A stretch of 64,000 nucleotides of DNA, from positions 1 through 64,000 of the IMG/VR virus record IMGVR_UViG_3300029288_000054, one strand, 5' to 3'. The notes beneath the pieces were generated by a model. That model was not told where the DNA came from. It was given only the letters and a program-made list of their open reading frames with translations, and did not search any database. A program made the translations under genes and the position numbers. Below, piece after piece: positions 24,881-35,508 of the stretch (position 1 is the first letter of the stretch; each line of letters starts with the position of its first letter). Source of the DNA: a virus. Taxonomy: Duplodnaviria > Heunggongvirae > Uroviricota > Caudoviricetes.

Positions 24881-25506
24881 TATGCAGACAGTTCCTCATT
24901 AGATGGTCCAACTACTTCTCCAATCTTGCGAAATTCGACAAGATCATCAAACCAATATCCGTAGCGTCTTACATTTTGTGCTAAGACGCCAAGATCGATC
25001 GGTAGAATCCGCCACTTTGGCTCGCCGTTCTTGTCGAGCTTCTGCTGTTCCGTAAGGATAATTCTGCCAAAATCGTCCTTACAAATTATACGTTTCTTGT
25101 TCTCAACGATGACCTGTGGTTCGCACACCGGTTCGATCCTCGTTAAATGGAGATCGATAAGGGCGTCACGCTGATCTCCCTGCAATATCTCTTGCCAGAC
25201 CTCTCCGACGATAGTGATGCAGAAATCAAAATCGCCCTTCTGCCAAATCTTGTTGGCGGTTGAGAACTTGCGGAGATTACCCAAGTTCAACCTATTGACC
25301 TTGAAAGGTTTGGCATCCGACAACTCGATGACGATTGATACGCTTTCGAGTTGTGAATGGTATTTGTCTTTGACTTCTTGTAATCTCTCGGTGATCTCAT
25401 CGGGTGCTGGCCAAACTAACGCCATAATTGTTCTCCTTCTCGCTATCCTGACGTTTCTTTGATAGGAGTCAAATACGTTGGTATTTAATATAGGAACGTA
25501 GGACAC
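24880..25506 (-). CDS. phage metallopeptidase-like protein with a degenerate active site
   Basis: FDFCITIVGEVWQ...QRDALIDLHLTRI...VRRYG resembles the phage putative metallopeptidase family (ALxDHELxH); start may be MALVWP. Confidence 0.5.
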   Translation of the reverse strand: MSYVPILNTNVFDSYQRNVRIARRRTIMALVWPAPDEITERLQEVKDKYHSQLESVSIVIELSDAKPFKVNRLNLGNLRKFSTANKIWQKGDFDFCITIVGEVWQEILQGDQRDALIDLHLTRIEPVCEPQVIVENKKRIICKDDFGRIILTEQQKLDKNGEPKWRILPIDLGVLAQNVRRYGYWFDDLVEFRKIGEVVGPSNEELSA

Positions 25507-25509
25507 ATC

Positions 25510-25719
25510 ATGAATGCAGACAGAGTGCGTAAGAAACTAGTTCGTAGAATACTACGATATGATACTAAGATTCATACGTTAGTAGAACTGTTCGAGGCTA
25601 TGGGAACTGAGGAGAAAGAAATGCGGCGTGAAATCGCAGAGACTATAGCTGAGATATTATACCCAGATGGCATCGCTAGGATTGCAGAGGTTATTCATCC
25701 TAATGGAATGATTTCTTAG
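25510..25719 (+). CDS. hypothetical protein
   Basis: AGGA RBS. Confidence 0.5.
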   Translation: MNADRVRKKLVRRILRYDTKIHTLVELFEAMGTEEKEMRREIAETIAEILYPDGIARIAEVIHPNGMIS

Positions 25720-25806
25720 ATTACAGCTATGCAAATGTACATAATCGATATTGAACATATTAAATTGATGCGATTTTGTTGCAATGCGATACGTATTTAA
25801 TTTGCG

Positions 25807-26061
25807 TTATCTTAATTGGTTAGCTTGTCGTCGGGCAGCGACTAAGATTATGTCTAGTTTGCGATGTAAGGTCTTTGATACAGGTTGTCCAGCAATTAGC
25901 TCACGTATCATGGATCTTAGGCTGTCTGCTTGGTATGTCATGCCATTCTCAATAATTTCTCGTATGTCTTCTTTGGTGAAAGACAGAGCATAGTCCAGCC
26001 AGTGTTGGTATAATGTATTACCCGCTTTAACGAGTTCTAGTTCTTCGAAGAATGATTCCAT
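25807..26061 (-). CDS. hypothetical protein
   Basis: protein-like composition, fills the gap. Confidence 0.5.
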   Translation of the reverse strand: MESFFEELELVKAGNTLYQHWLDYALSFTKEDIREIIENGMTYQADSLRSMIRELIAGQPVSKTLHRKLDIILVAARRQANQLR

Positions 26062-26137
26062 ACACTATTTTTGAGCGTTTGACTCTCTGTAGGTCGTAAT
26101 CATAGTAGCACTCTCTTTGATGAAAGGTTAGCAAGCG

Positions 26138-26530
26138 ATGGACGAGGCAACAGATCAATTGGTTTGTAGGTTTTGTGGTAAACCAGCGAAGAGTAGGTCT
26201 GGTTTGACCAACCACGAGAAGACCTGCAAAAAGGCCCCGAAAGACCACGAGGAAGTTAATGTGAGCGAAGTAAATCCTTATGATCGGAATCCAAGGGCAG
26301 AAGACGACGGTCAAGACCGCGATCAAGAGTGCAGCCGTCGCGATAGGTCGAAGCAGCCTAAATCAGGCCAATTCCAAATCGGTGCATTCTTTATATTGGG
26401 AGATCATATTCCGATGCTACTCGATATCGATTTCTGCTCTGCGTTGAGTGCGCATATCTTGGAGCACGGTAGCTCAAACAGTGCCATTATGGCTTTCGCA
26501 CACCAACTCAATAAGGTTACTGGAGACTGA
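26138..26530 (+). CDS. C2H2/C2HC zinc-finger protein
   Basis: CRFCGKPAKSRSGLTNHEKTC. Confidence 0.7.
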   Translation: MDEATDQLVCRFCGKPAKSRSGLTNHEKTCKKAPKDHEEVNVSEVNPYDRNPRAEDDGQDRDQECSRRDRSKQPKSGQFQIGAFFILGDHIPMLLDIDFCSALSAHILEHGSSNSAIMAFAHQLNKVTGD

Positions 26531-26706
26531 TGCGGTTCTCAAAGGTAGCGATATTCGCGACAGTAGCACTGATAATTTTTGCATTTTTCGGTGCCCAGAG
26601 TTTAGCTGAACGCTTCCTTGCAGCGGATGCCCGGTCATACTTCATCGCAGCTATTGTATGGCTACTATGCCTTGTGCTTGTGCGGAATCGACCGCACCAA
26701 TCATAG
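26530..26706 (+). CDS. small two-TM membrane protein (58 aa, not in the ORF track)
   Basis: MRFSKVAIFATVALIIFAFFGAQ...YFIAAIVWLLCLVLVRNRPHQS; GGAG RBS and TGATG coupling. Confidence 0.6.
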   Translation: MRFSKVAIFATVALIIFAFFGAQSLAERFLAADARSYFIAAIVWLLCLVLVRNRPHQS

Positions 26707-26750
26707 TAGATATGTGATGAAATATATTGAAAACGGTCCGGGGTCATCCT

Positions 26751-29700
26751 ATGGCTATACAGAATAATGGTTCTATACCAGTCCAGTTGCCAACCAATCC
26801 GGTCGATGGCCAGATATGGATAGATGGGAATTTGGTTAGATGGCGTTGGTCATCTGAGTATGATGTTTGGGTCAATATCGGCTCAGCAACGACTTACCCA
26901 TTAGCCGACGTAAACACAACCGGCTTAATGAGCCCCCAAGATAAAAGATTTCTTGACTCAATTCCTGTTATCGCTGGTGCCTTTGGAATTATTACTGACC
27001 AGAGTGCGATTATAAGGTCGCCGGATAATCGCGTCGGATTAGTTAGTGGCGCTGTAAAACTGCACAGCGATAGCTTGCAGATCGAATGCGTCGATGCTAG
27101 CGGATCACCTTATCTAGGACAGCCACTTCCGGATGATCCTACCGGCGTTAATTTAGCTGGCTTGAAATTTTCACTTAACACTACATTCCTAGACACACTA
27201 TGCCTTGAGGTGGTTGGTCCAACAGGCAAAAAGGGTGAGAAAGGGCCTGATGGGCTACCAGGTGAGGATGGTTTTAATGATGGTCCTGCTGGAGAAAAGG
27301 GCGATCCTGGCACAGATGCTACTGTCGCTTATACCTTTAGCGGTATCAAAGTAGTCGATACTTCTGATATCGTCGATACGGCAGTTGTTGCGTTGCAAAT
27401 GGATGGTGCTGGCGGTCGGCTCTCTTATACTACCGCTAAGATGAATGTGCCATCGAATACGGCACCAGCAGATCAGCTAGCAGCACAGCCTATTCAACGC
27501 TCGCTTATCTATCCGACCGTTGCAGAGAATGGTAAGGATTACGTCACATTAGATGATTGGAAGCTGTCGATCCCCAATGGCGATCCATTGCCAGACGATC
27601 CAGAAGTTTTGCTAGTGAAGATGTCACCAGATTTAGAAGTAGGTCAGGCGTTACCAATTGAATTAACGAAATTGACAGACTTGATTACGGTTGTAGTTGA
27701 TTCCTATAAATCTAAGCTTGAGACCTTCCAGGACACATGGATGGCTCAAATGAAGAGCTATATTGAGAGCAAGGACTCGGCTGCTCGTACTGTGTTATCA
27801 TCAATCGCACAGCAGGTTGCCCAATGCGAATTTCAACGACCGCTTGAATTCTGCTTGGGGATTGCTCCGTCCGACTGTTCGCAAGGAACAGCCAATACAC
27901 TGCTGATGGCGGACATTGATGAAGTTGCTACGACGATTGGCGTAGATTCACCGGCTAGCTTTCCGACAACTGGCCCATATACAATTATCGTCGGCACCGA
28001 GCATATGCTGGTTACTGGTGGCTATGGAACTACAATTTGGACCGTTACTAGAGGTGCGGACAGTACAACGCCAACGACACATACTGCAGACACGGCAGTT
28101 GTGCTCAAGATTGAAGTTGTTGTTCCGATTATTGAGGCTGGCGAAAGTCCTCAACCAGCACCTGGTGCAACTGGTGTGACAACTTTAGCGGTAGCGTCAG
28201 GTGATAGTACGACCGCTGATACGACAACGCTTATGCGTACAAAGTATTCCACGTCAGCGCCCTTTGATCCAACAGATCCAGCTAAGTGCTTGCTACCTTA
28301 TCGTATGATGCAAGTAATCATCACAGATGAGGCAAATCCGGTTTATGTCACCGGTATTCCTGATGCGAACCTTGCGATAGTCAATTATTACAACAACGAT
28401 AAGGCTGCTTGGGAACGCTTTATCAATGGACTAACCGCAAACCAGATCGTGGCACTGGGATTGTTGCAAATTCCAAACACTGATGGTGCTTATTATGGAG
28501 ATGAGCGTGATATGGAATGTGCTGACTGCACGTTCCCATATGACTCGATGAGAAGTGAAACTTTTTATCATCTATTACCTGTACAGACGCCGAAAATAAC
28601 ATCAGATAATATTGTTACTTTTGTGGAGAGGATGCTAACAAGAGTAGAATATGACTACGAAGATCAAATTAAGTTATGCGGTAGTAATTTCGAGCCAAAT
28701 CAAATCAATATCCTCTATAAGTCTAAGGCACTGAGTGCCGATGCGCAATATGCTTTAGAAGAGCAAGCAGCACTTAACGATGCCGTCGCCGAACTACAAA
28801 CGAGACACCCCAATATATGCTTCGTTTCCAGCATTAGTTCGTCGTCTCAAGACCACAATCAGGATGACCGTTGGCTTCTAGACGCTACGGCTACAGTTAG
28901 CAGGTACATGTGTTATCAATGCCCGTCAGCGACGGTTCCGGGTAATGATCGTGTTGTGATTATGTGCATCGCTGATGAAGCTAGCCCGATTTATAGCTAT
29001 AATGGTTACAAAGGTCCCGATGGTGTTACTGGTCCTGCTGGAATACCACAAGGTATGACGGCTTGGAACTATGATATAGCTAAGTGGAAAGATTCACTAG
29101 CAGTACTACATGGTAGCGACAACAAGGTCCGGCTTGGTATCTTGCAGCCTCAAGGATATGGTGGTGCTCCACCTCGTGGTGGCGCTTTGAAGCCCAGTAA
29201 CTCTGCGTGGCCTGGTGATACTGATAGAAATAGAATAACAATAATTCAAACGAACACGCCATCATTCACATCAGACGACATGATGACGACGTTTAAGGCT
29301 ATCACAAATAGTGGCCAGTACGCTGCTACGATTTTATATGTCGTCGTTGACACATCCGGTTCACTCGGTAGCCCAACCGATGTCGATAAAATCGTGGCTG
29401 CTGGTATTTCTGTTATTCAGAAAACTTATCCGAATCTACATATAATGACCGATACTGTTGATATCGGAACGAATAAAGTTGGTGAACTAGCGATACCGCC
29501 ATCGATTGATGGTTATGTAGTACAAGCAGCGGGCGATCAATATTTATGGGGTTGGGAATATGTGTCGCCAGCAAAACAGATTATCTTGTTCCCGACGTTA
29601 TATGTTCGGTCAACAATTGATGCCGCAGAGCGATGGCTCGGGCGTGCTGTTGGTATAGTTGAGCAGCTGCTGTATTACTGGATGCCGCGACCGACATATA

Positions 29701-30728
29701 TTCCGACAGCAGCATATCAAATGCTCATAATGGTAATAACCGATGAGTCAAATTGCAGTGCTACGCGCACTACAAATGACGGCTATCATAGTTATGAAGG
29801 TGCAGGATTCAACACTGGCTATGATAATTACAAACGAGACAAGGAACAGTGGAATACTTGGCTTGGATCGTTATGCCCTGGACAGTATGCGACTGTGGGA
29901 ATATTGCAGCTTGCCAATCCAGGTCCATCAGCTTATCCAGAGCAGACAGATCGTGGCCCAGATCAATACACCCTAGCTGACGGTTCCAAGACTAGTGGCT
30001 GGATTGTCGATGAAGCTCATCCCTTTACACAAGATGAACAAGATATACTACCAGATACTTCATGGGGAACCAACATCGATATTCCTACTGAAGACGGCAG
30101 TCTTCCGAAGGACAGCAAGGGCACCATTACTCACAAGGTCATACCATGGCGTGGCTTCGGAATCCAACGTGTCACTGCAACCGATATAATGGAATTTTAC
30201 AATGAGATTACGAACTTTGGTGCTGCTTGCCCTGATATGGTTGTAGTATTGCTCGATACAACCGAATCTATGAAGCCCAATCTACGATATTGGATAAACA
30301 GCATCGTAACAGAGCACAATAATACTACCCATGGTGTCAATGTTGATTCATCATCACCGCTATCCTATTATGATGAGACTTTAGGAAGATGGATAGGCCC
30401 CAGAACATCCGGCACGATTGATACGATTGAGACCGACGTTGGATTCGTCATGAATGATGAAATAACCAGTGCAGTCCTTGCCTTGCAATGCATTGTACCC
30501 GCTGCTGGCTATACGACCTATGGTTATAAGCATCCCCTGGTTGCTGAGATTCCATTCAATGGCAGATGGCTACAGGCGGTTAGTGAGGCTACGACATTCT
30601 TCTTAAATCAAGAGAATGACATTACTTTCCATGTTGGTGACGAAGCTTGGTGGAGTAGCTATAGAAACGGCGTTTGCCAGCAGGTCATTAGCACCACAAT
30701 TCCGTGCTCTGACTGCGGCAGCCCGTAA
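26751..30728 (+). CDS. large virion/tail-fibre-like protein with collagen segment and three vWA-like repeats
   Basis: LPTNPVDGQ N-terminus, GLMSPQDKRFLD fibre motif, G-x-y run GKKGEKGPDGLPGEDG, DTSGS and DTTES MIDAS-like motifs. Confidence 0.7.
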   Translation: MAIQNNGSIPVQLPTNPVDGQIWIDGNLVRWRWSSEYDVWVNIGSATTYPLADVNTTGLMSPQDKRFLDSIPVIAGAFGIITDQSAIIRSPDNRVGLVSGAVKLHSDSLQIECVDASGSPYLGQPLPDDPTGVNLAGLKFSLNTTFLDTLCLEVVGPTGKKGEKGPDGLPGEDGFNDGPAGEKGDPGTDATVAYTFSGIKVVDTSDIVDTAVVALQMDGAGGRLSYTTAKMNVPSNTAPADQLAAQPIQRSLIYPTVAENGKDYVTLDDWKLSIPNGDPLPDDPEVLLVKMSPDLEVGQALPIELTKLTDLITVVVDSYKSKLETFQDTWMAQMKSYIESKDSAARTVLSSIAQQVAQCEFQRPLEFCLGIAPSDCSQGTANTLLMADIDEVATTIGVDSPASFPTTGPYTIIVGTEHMLVTGGYGTTIWTVTRGADSTTPTTHTADTAVVLKIEVVVPIIEAGESPQPAPGATGVTTLAVASGDSTTADTTTLMRTKYSTSAPFDPTDPAKCLLPYRMMQVIITDEANPVYVTGIPDANLAIVNYYNNDKAAWERFINGLTANQIVALGLLQIPNTDGAYYGDERDMECADCTFPYDSMRSETFYHLLPVQTPKITSDNIVTFVERMLTRVEYDYEDQIKLCGSNFEPNQINILYKSKALSADAQYALEEQAALNDAVAELQTRHPNICFVSSISSSSQDHNQDDRWLLDATATVSRYMCYQCPSATVPGNDRVVIMCIADEASPIYSYNGYKGPDGVTGPAGIPQGMTAWNYDIAKWKDSLAVLHGSDNKVRLGILQPQGYGGAPPRGGALKPSNSAWPGDTDRNRITIIQTNTPSFTSDDMMTTFKAITNSGQYAATILYVVVDTSGSLGSPTDVDKIVAAGISVIQKTYPNLHIMTDTVDIGTNKVGELAIPPSIDGYVVQAAGDQYLWGWEYVSPAKQIILFPTLYVRSTIDAAERWLGRAVGIVEQLLYYWMPRPTYIPTAAYQMLIMVITDESNCSATRTTNDGYHSYEGAGFNTGYDNYKRDKEQWNTWLGSLCPGQYATVGILQLANPGPSAYPEQTDRGPDQYTLADGSKTSGWIVDEAHPFTQDEQDILPDTSWGTNIDIPTEDGSLPKDSKGTITHKVIPWRGFGIQRVTATDIMEFYNEITNFGAACPDMVVVLLDTTESMKPNLRYWINSIVTEHNNTTHGVNVDSSSPLSYYDETLGRWIGPRTSGTIDTIETDVGFVMNDEITSAVLALQCIVPAAGYTTYGYKHPLVAEIPFNGRWLQAVSEATTFFLNQENDITFHVGDEAWWSSYRNGVCQQVISTTIPCSDCGSP

Positions 30729-30742
30729 TCTAGGGTACTCTG

Positions 30743-31237
30743 ATGTCTATTGCAGCTAGTGTATTCGGGCCAGAATATATCGAGGCCACATCAGTCGATT
30801 TTGGAATATTAGACCTCCAAGGTAATCCAACGAGCACTGTTAGATCGACGGATGTTCGTAGTAGAACTTCTCCTGATTTAGAATCATTATTGCTTCCACC
30901 GGGCGGATACATAGTTAAATATATAAGTGGTGCGTTCCTGTTGTTGAACGGAGATCCCGCTGTTTTTGTCGTTGGCGGCAAACGTGGGATACGGATTGAA
31001 TGGAAAAGCAGTATTGGTCGAAGCTGGACTTCTGTAGGGTATCCGATAGAATTGGAGGCCCCGAGCGTTGAAGCATTTCGATCAGTCGACACAGCAAGCT
31101 TGAATAATTGCTTTTACATGGAATTCACTGTGCCACATAGATTAAGATTGACGCCGCCTTGCAACTCAGTCGGTAATGTCCGCGTTAGAATTTGGAGACA
31201 TATACCGCCAGTGCTTATTGGACAGCGAGAACAATAA
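30743..31237 (+). CDS. hypothetical virion-associated protein
   Basis: LPPGGYIVKYISG resembles LPKGKYVADII in the next protein; lies between structural genes. Confidence 0.6.
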   Translation: MSIAASVFGPEYIEATSVDFGILDLQGNPTSTVRSTDVRSRTSPDLESLLLPPGGYIVKYISGAFLLLNGDPAVFVVGGKRGIRIEWKSSIGRSWTSVGYPIELEAPSVEAFRSVDTASLNNCFYMEFTVPHRLRLTPPCNSVGNVRVRIWRHIPPVLIGQREQ

Positions 31238-31238
31238 T

Positions 31239-34200
31239 ATGCCTTTCCCTAAAAATCCGAAGACTGGTGACACGGTAGTTGTCGAGGACGGCCTTACTTA
31301 CGTTTACGATGGCACGCTGCATATCTGGCATCAACAAGAGGGAGGCACAATCTCTTTAGCCACTCCGTTGATATCTGGCTTGATGTCGTCCGCCGATCTA
31401 AAGAAGTTAAATGGGCTTGTTGTCCCGCCGCCGCAAGCAACAATTAGCATTGCAGACTATGATTACGCCTTTACAAGCGGAACAATAGCACTGATGGAAG
31501 GCGACGAATTCGTTCAGATCGACAGTGACGCTAAGATCAGCAATATATCGAGCATTAGTCGCCAGATACACCAGAATACTTATGCATTTAATTTTACTGT
31601 TAATACGAATGCATTCTTCCAATATATGATCGATAGCGGTCGTTTTGTCGTTCGCTCACCACGCGGACCTCAGGGCGATAAAGGTAATACGGGAGTCAGA
31701 GGTCAAGATGATTTGCCATATGGTCCGGACGGGCCGATTGGCGACGACGGCGCTAATGCCCCTTCAAGCATCACAGTCCAGCCGGAACCGGCATCGCTGG
31801 AAAGAGTGAACCAAAGCGTTACCCGCGCCGTAACAGCAATCGCGACAGAAGAAATTAGCGAGACTGAAAATTACTTGGTTGTTACACGGTCGATCATAGG
31901 CAATCCTGAGGCTTGCCCTTCGCAGTTAAAGCTCTCTTCGACTGCAAACAGTAATTGGCTAATAGCACTACCAAATTCAGTATCGCAAGCTATCATTACT
32001 TGGTTACCTGAGACATGCTATAGTAATTCACAGCAGGTCTATTATATCGATGTTTCAGGAATTTTAGGCGCGATCGAAGCCGAATTCAATCGAGAAGTAG
32101 TCGCCATTAAGAGCGATTGCGAAAATATCGTCCAATTCTGGCTCTCAATAATGGCTGGGTTGTTTGACGAGCAAAAGGCGGCTCTGTGTTGTGCACTTGA
32201 ATATTGCCAGTCTCAATCTAGGAATGCAGAGACTAGGAAGTATATCGAGGAGCAGCGGATTCAAGCAGCACAAGCAATAACGTTGAAGGGAAGCTCATCG
32301 ACATCGGTTTCTTTCACTGATCCAGCTACCGGGCATTTAACCACGGTATCAAATGAAGCTATTCAATCCACTGCTCAAAGCATAGTTATTGACGGCAATC
32401 CGCGACAGAGCGGCAAATCGGTTGTCAACACTACTATCATGGATCAAGCTTGTGGAACAGGCTTTGGTGCCAAAAACATCCATAACCTACCAAACAATCA
32501 AGATCCTGTTGGTGGCTCGCCGTGTATACCCGGTATTATCCTGTCATCAGACGGTAAAGCGTTGAAATATGATGAATGCCCGCCTGGCTTCATACCGAGA
32601 TATGTTGAACGCGATGCCGTCTTGACATCATCCGCTGCAGCAGTGCCGGTGCACGATTATCCGGCTGATTATAACGTAGCACTTGACATTCCCGAGACTG
32701 GTAGTGGCACGTCGCAAGTTTCGCAAGGAACGATCTACGGGAAAGTGACGCCGGGTGTTAATCTTTATTTGCCGCCTGGAGTATCATTAGCACGTAAATT
32801 GGCTGTTAATGCGTTCCGATCTAACAACCCAGCTACAAGTTCTGAGCTACGGGTGACGGTAACTGGTAGCCCATTGTCGTTATGCAAGTCGGTGACCGTG
32901 TATGTCAAATCGACGGGTGGTACGATTTTAGCATATGGTCAGACAAATAGCGATGGTGATATTTATTTCAAGAACTTGTCGAGTTTGGAGCAATATGATA
33001 TCTCATTAGAAAAGAGTGGATGCCTGTTTGCTCCTCCTAACTGGTCGTTGGTCCAACCAGTAACACTGCAAATTACACAACTGCAATCGACTGTTACGAC
33101 AGGCGTTACGACTACTCCGATACAACAAATAGTCAAGTGCTCATCTGGCTCGAACGTTCTCGTCGTTACTGTTCGCGGCGATTCAGAAGGCATTAACAGT
33201 ACATGGGTTTCGATACGATACTATACAACAGGTTATACGTTGTGTGCAGCATATGCTGGTACATCAACAACGAATCAAGGTGAGATCGTATTTACTGGTA
33301 TTCCTGATGGTTTGTGGGTCGTATATGCCGGGACAGATGAAACATCTGAGACTGATCCGAACTACTATGAAGTAGATCAGCCGTGCCATCCTGTTGCGAA
33401 TCCTGTGTCGCAGCAGGCTATGGAGTTGCGTAGCTGCAGAACAGTGCAGTTCGTCCATAGAACTGACGGTAGCCAGAATTTAGCTAGAATGTCATTTGAC
33501 GTTTTGACGAAAGCGAAGCCGACTTCAAGCTGGGTATTGTCATCTAGCATACCTGCAGAATTGATTATGCCTGGCGATGCTAGATTTGAGACGTTAGTAA
33601 AACAGCAAATATTAGCAGATCCGAACGCTGACATATCGCTTTCAGAGGCGATGTCAGCGTTCGAAATCAGTGAGCCGGTTGTGTTGAAAATTGAATCTGA
33701 TGGTGACTTTGATATTTTCTATACAGATAGGTTCGGCACCGACTATCATGACAACTTAGGTATGATGGCGTCGAAGGATGGTACGTTCTTCGATAAGCTC
33801 TTCAACGGTGTTTACAATATCTGTGTAGTTAATAAATCGCGGAAGCTGTCTAAATTCGATTTATCTGTAGCTACACAGAACGTGAAGTTTTTACAAGGTG
33901 CTGGCGATGGGTGGTCTAGCACCTTGATACAATCAGATAATAGTATCAAAGCAATACAGGGTCCGGCTGAGGCTTGGTGGCTGCAGATGCGTATCGAACA
34001 TCCTCAGCGATTACAACAGCCTTATTCTACTAGTTGTGGTGCTATTGGTCCCAGATCATCAAAGACTGATAGAAGATTTTGCCGAGAACTACCGAACGGC
34101 AGTGGTAGCGTTCTAACGCGAGATTTCGCTGTTGGAGATGGGTCACTCTCAACATGGTATACAAGCCGATGCGGAACAAATCCGGTTCCTGATGCTGTGT

Positions 34201-35267
34201 CGATAACGGTCGATAATCCTTTTGCTATTAACGATTTAATTCTATGTCGTGTTGCGCCGAATGCTTACTCTGGTGGCTTCAATCTCGGGCAAGAAAAACG
34301 CAGTGTGCAAATAATCATCGAGCAGTTGGAACCAGTAGAGGTTGCACCAGACCAAACGACCGATGCGGTTGGTGGTAATAGCTACCGATGTACCATATTG
34401 GGTTGGAGCACTAACGATTGCATAGGTGATGTATCGAATTTTGGATCGGTTGTCATTACAGCTAATTGCAACGATTGGTCGTTGAACGGTGCGTGGGTTA
34501 TGGCTGGTATAGAGGTCAAATTCAGCATCAGGGCTATAGAAAATCTGACAAAAGATGCTGCCGTCGAATTAACACTTGATGTCGACGAAAGCAATCCGGG
34601 CTTCTTCAAGTTGGCGTCCGCAGAATTGCCGAAAGGTAAGTATGTGGCCGATATCATTGATTGTTGTTTTCGATCCGGCGAGCAACACACTGGCCATGTT
34701 GAAATAGAATATCAATCTATCAATGGTAGAGTCGTGAAACGCTTCCCGAATTTGGGAGCCTACGCCGATGAGGATGTCGCTAGATCGAATTATCGTGGCT
34801 TGACTATTGAAATAGATCATCAAGGCGGAGCGGTTAATGCAAAGCTTGTTTCGCCGGTTTTGTTAGATGGCAGCGGCAAGGTAAGTGTCAGATTTACTGA
34901 AAAAGATTCATTTGTTCAAAATGAATCTCAGGCGCACCAATTAGAAGACACATGTGCAATAAGCTACGCACAAGTTAAGATGCTAGAGGGGTGGCATTTA
35001 TCTGAGCATAATGGCATACTTGTCGATCTTGCTGGCCAAGATTACATCATAATGCAACAATATATAGATGGTATGCAGGCTTGCGTTGAGAAGTACAGCC
35101 ATCCCAGTTTCGCCTGGCCAACGCTTGACGGCATGCATTTTACAAGTATTCCTGAGAGTGGGATTGTTTTGTTTAAACGTGTGCCGCAGCTTGAAGCAAT
35201 TGCTAAATCGGTAGTTAAAGATGTAGATATTGGCATAATCTTGTTCCCGGTCATAGTCGCGTCTTAG
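31239..35267 (+). CDS. large virion/tail-fibre-like protein, N-terminally paralogous to 26751-30728
   Basis: MPFPKNPKTGD, GLMSSADLKKLNG motif, collagen-like GPQGDKGNTGVRGQD, beta-rich C-terminal domains. Confidence 0.7.
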   Translation: MPFPKNPKTGDTVVVEDGLTYVYDGTLHIWHQQEGGTISLATPLISGLMSSADLKKLNGLVVPPPQATISIADYDYAFTSGTIALMEGDEFVQIDSDAKISNISSISRQIHQNTYAFNFTVNTNAFFQYMIDSGRFVVRSPRGPQGDKGNTGVRGQDDLPYGPDGPIGDDGANAPSSITVQPEPASLERVNQSVTRAVTAIATEEISETENYLVVTRSIIGNPEACPSQLKLSSTANSNWLIALPNSVSQAIITWLPETCYSNSQQVYYIDVSGILGAIEAEFNREVVAIKSDCENIVQFWLSIMAGLFDEQKAALCCALEYCQSQSRNAETRKYIEEQRIQAAQAITLKGSSSTSVSFTDPATGHLTTVSNEAIQSTAQSIVIDGNPRQSGKSVVNTTIMDQACGTGFGAKNIHNLPNNQDPVGGSPCIPGIILSSDGKALKYDECPPGFIPRYVERDAVLTSSAAAVPVHDYPADYNVALDIPETGSGTSQVSQGTIYGKVTPGVNLYLPPGVSLARKLAVNAFRSNNPATSSELRVTVTGSPLSLCKSVTVYVKSTGGTILAYGQTNSDGDIYFKNLSSLEQYDISLEKSGCLFAPPNWSLVQPVTLQITQLQSTVTTGVTTTPIQQIVKCSSGSNVLVVTVRGDSEGINSTWVSIRYYTTGYTLCAAYAGTSTTNQGEIVFTGIPDGLWVVYAGTDETSETDPNYYEVDQPCHPVANPVSQQAMELRSCRTVQFVHRTDGSQNLARMSFDVLTKAKPTSSWVLSSSIPAELIMPGDARFETLVKQQILADPNADISLSEAMSAFEISEPVVLKIESDGDFDIFYTDRFGTDYHDNLGMMASKDGTFFDKLFNGVYNICVVNKSRKLSKFDLSVATQNVKFLQGAGDGWSSTLIQSDNSIKAIQGPAEAWWLQMRIEHPQRLQQPYSTSCGAIGPRSSKTDRRFCRELPNGSGSVLTRDFAVGDGSLSTWYTSRCGTNPVPDAVSITVDNPFAINDLILCRVAPNAYSGGFNLGQEKRSVQIIIEQLEPVEVAPDQTTDAVGGNSYRCTILGWSTNDCIGDVSNFGSVVITANCNDWSLNGAWVMAGIEVKFSIRAIENLTKDAAVELTLDVDESNPGFFKLASAELPKGKYVADIIDCCFRSGEQHTGHVEIEYQSINGRVVKRFPNLGAYADEDVARSNYRGLTIEIDHQGGAVNAKLVSPVLLDGSGKVSVRFTEKDSFVQNESQAHQLEDTCAISYAQVKMLEGWHLSEHNGILVDLAGQDYIIMQQYIDGMQACVEKYSHPSFAWPTLDGMHFTSIPESGIVLFKRVPQLEAIAKSVVKDVDIGIILFPVIVAS

Positions 35268-35268
35268 T

Positions 35269-35508
35269 ATGAAAATGCATCTTGGGATTGTGTGGAAGAA
35301 CGGCCAAATAATCAACCATCGCAGCCTATTAAAAGTGCTGTGTAACCCATTGTTAAGATGCTTCGGCTGGCAGATAGCTAGTTTATTCAATGAAGATAAG
35401 TTTATTAGATATACTATGATGCCAACTTGCAGAACGTGGCCGATCAAGTGGAGTTTCCGCTATGATGCGGACAACTGCGTTATTGATAGTCAGAGAGCGA
35501 TAATATGA
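35269..35508 (+). CDS. hypothetical protein
   Basis: tight packing. Confidence 0.5.
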   Translation: MKMHLGIVWKNGQIINHRSLLKVLCNPLLRCFGWQIASLFNEDKFIRYTMMPTCRTWPIKWSFRYDADNCVIDSQRAII

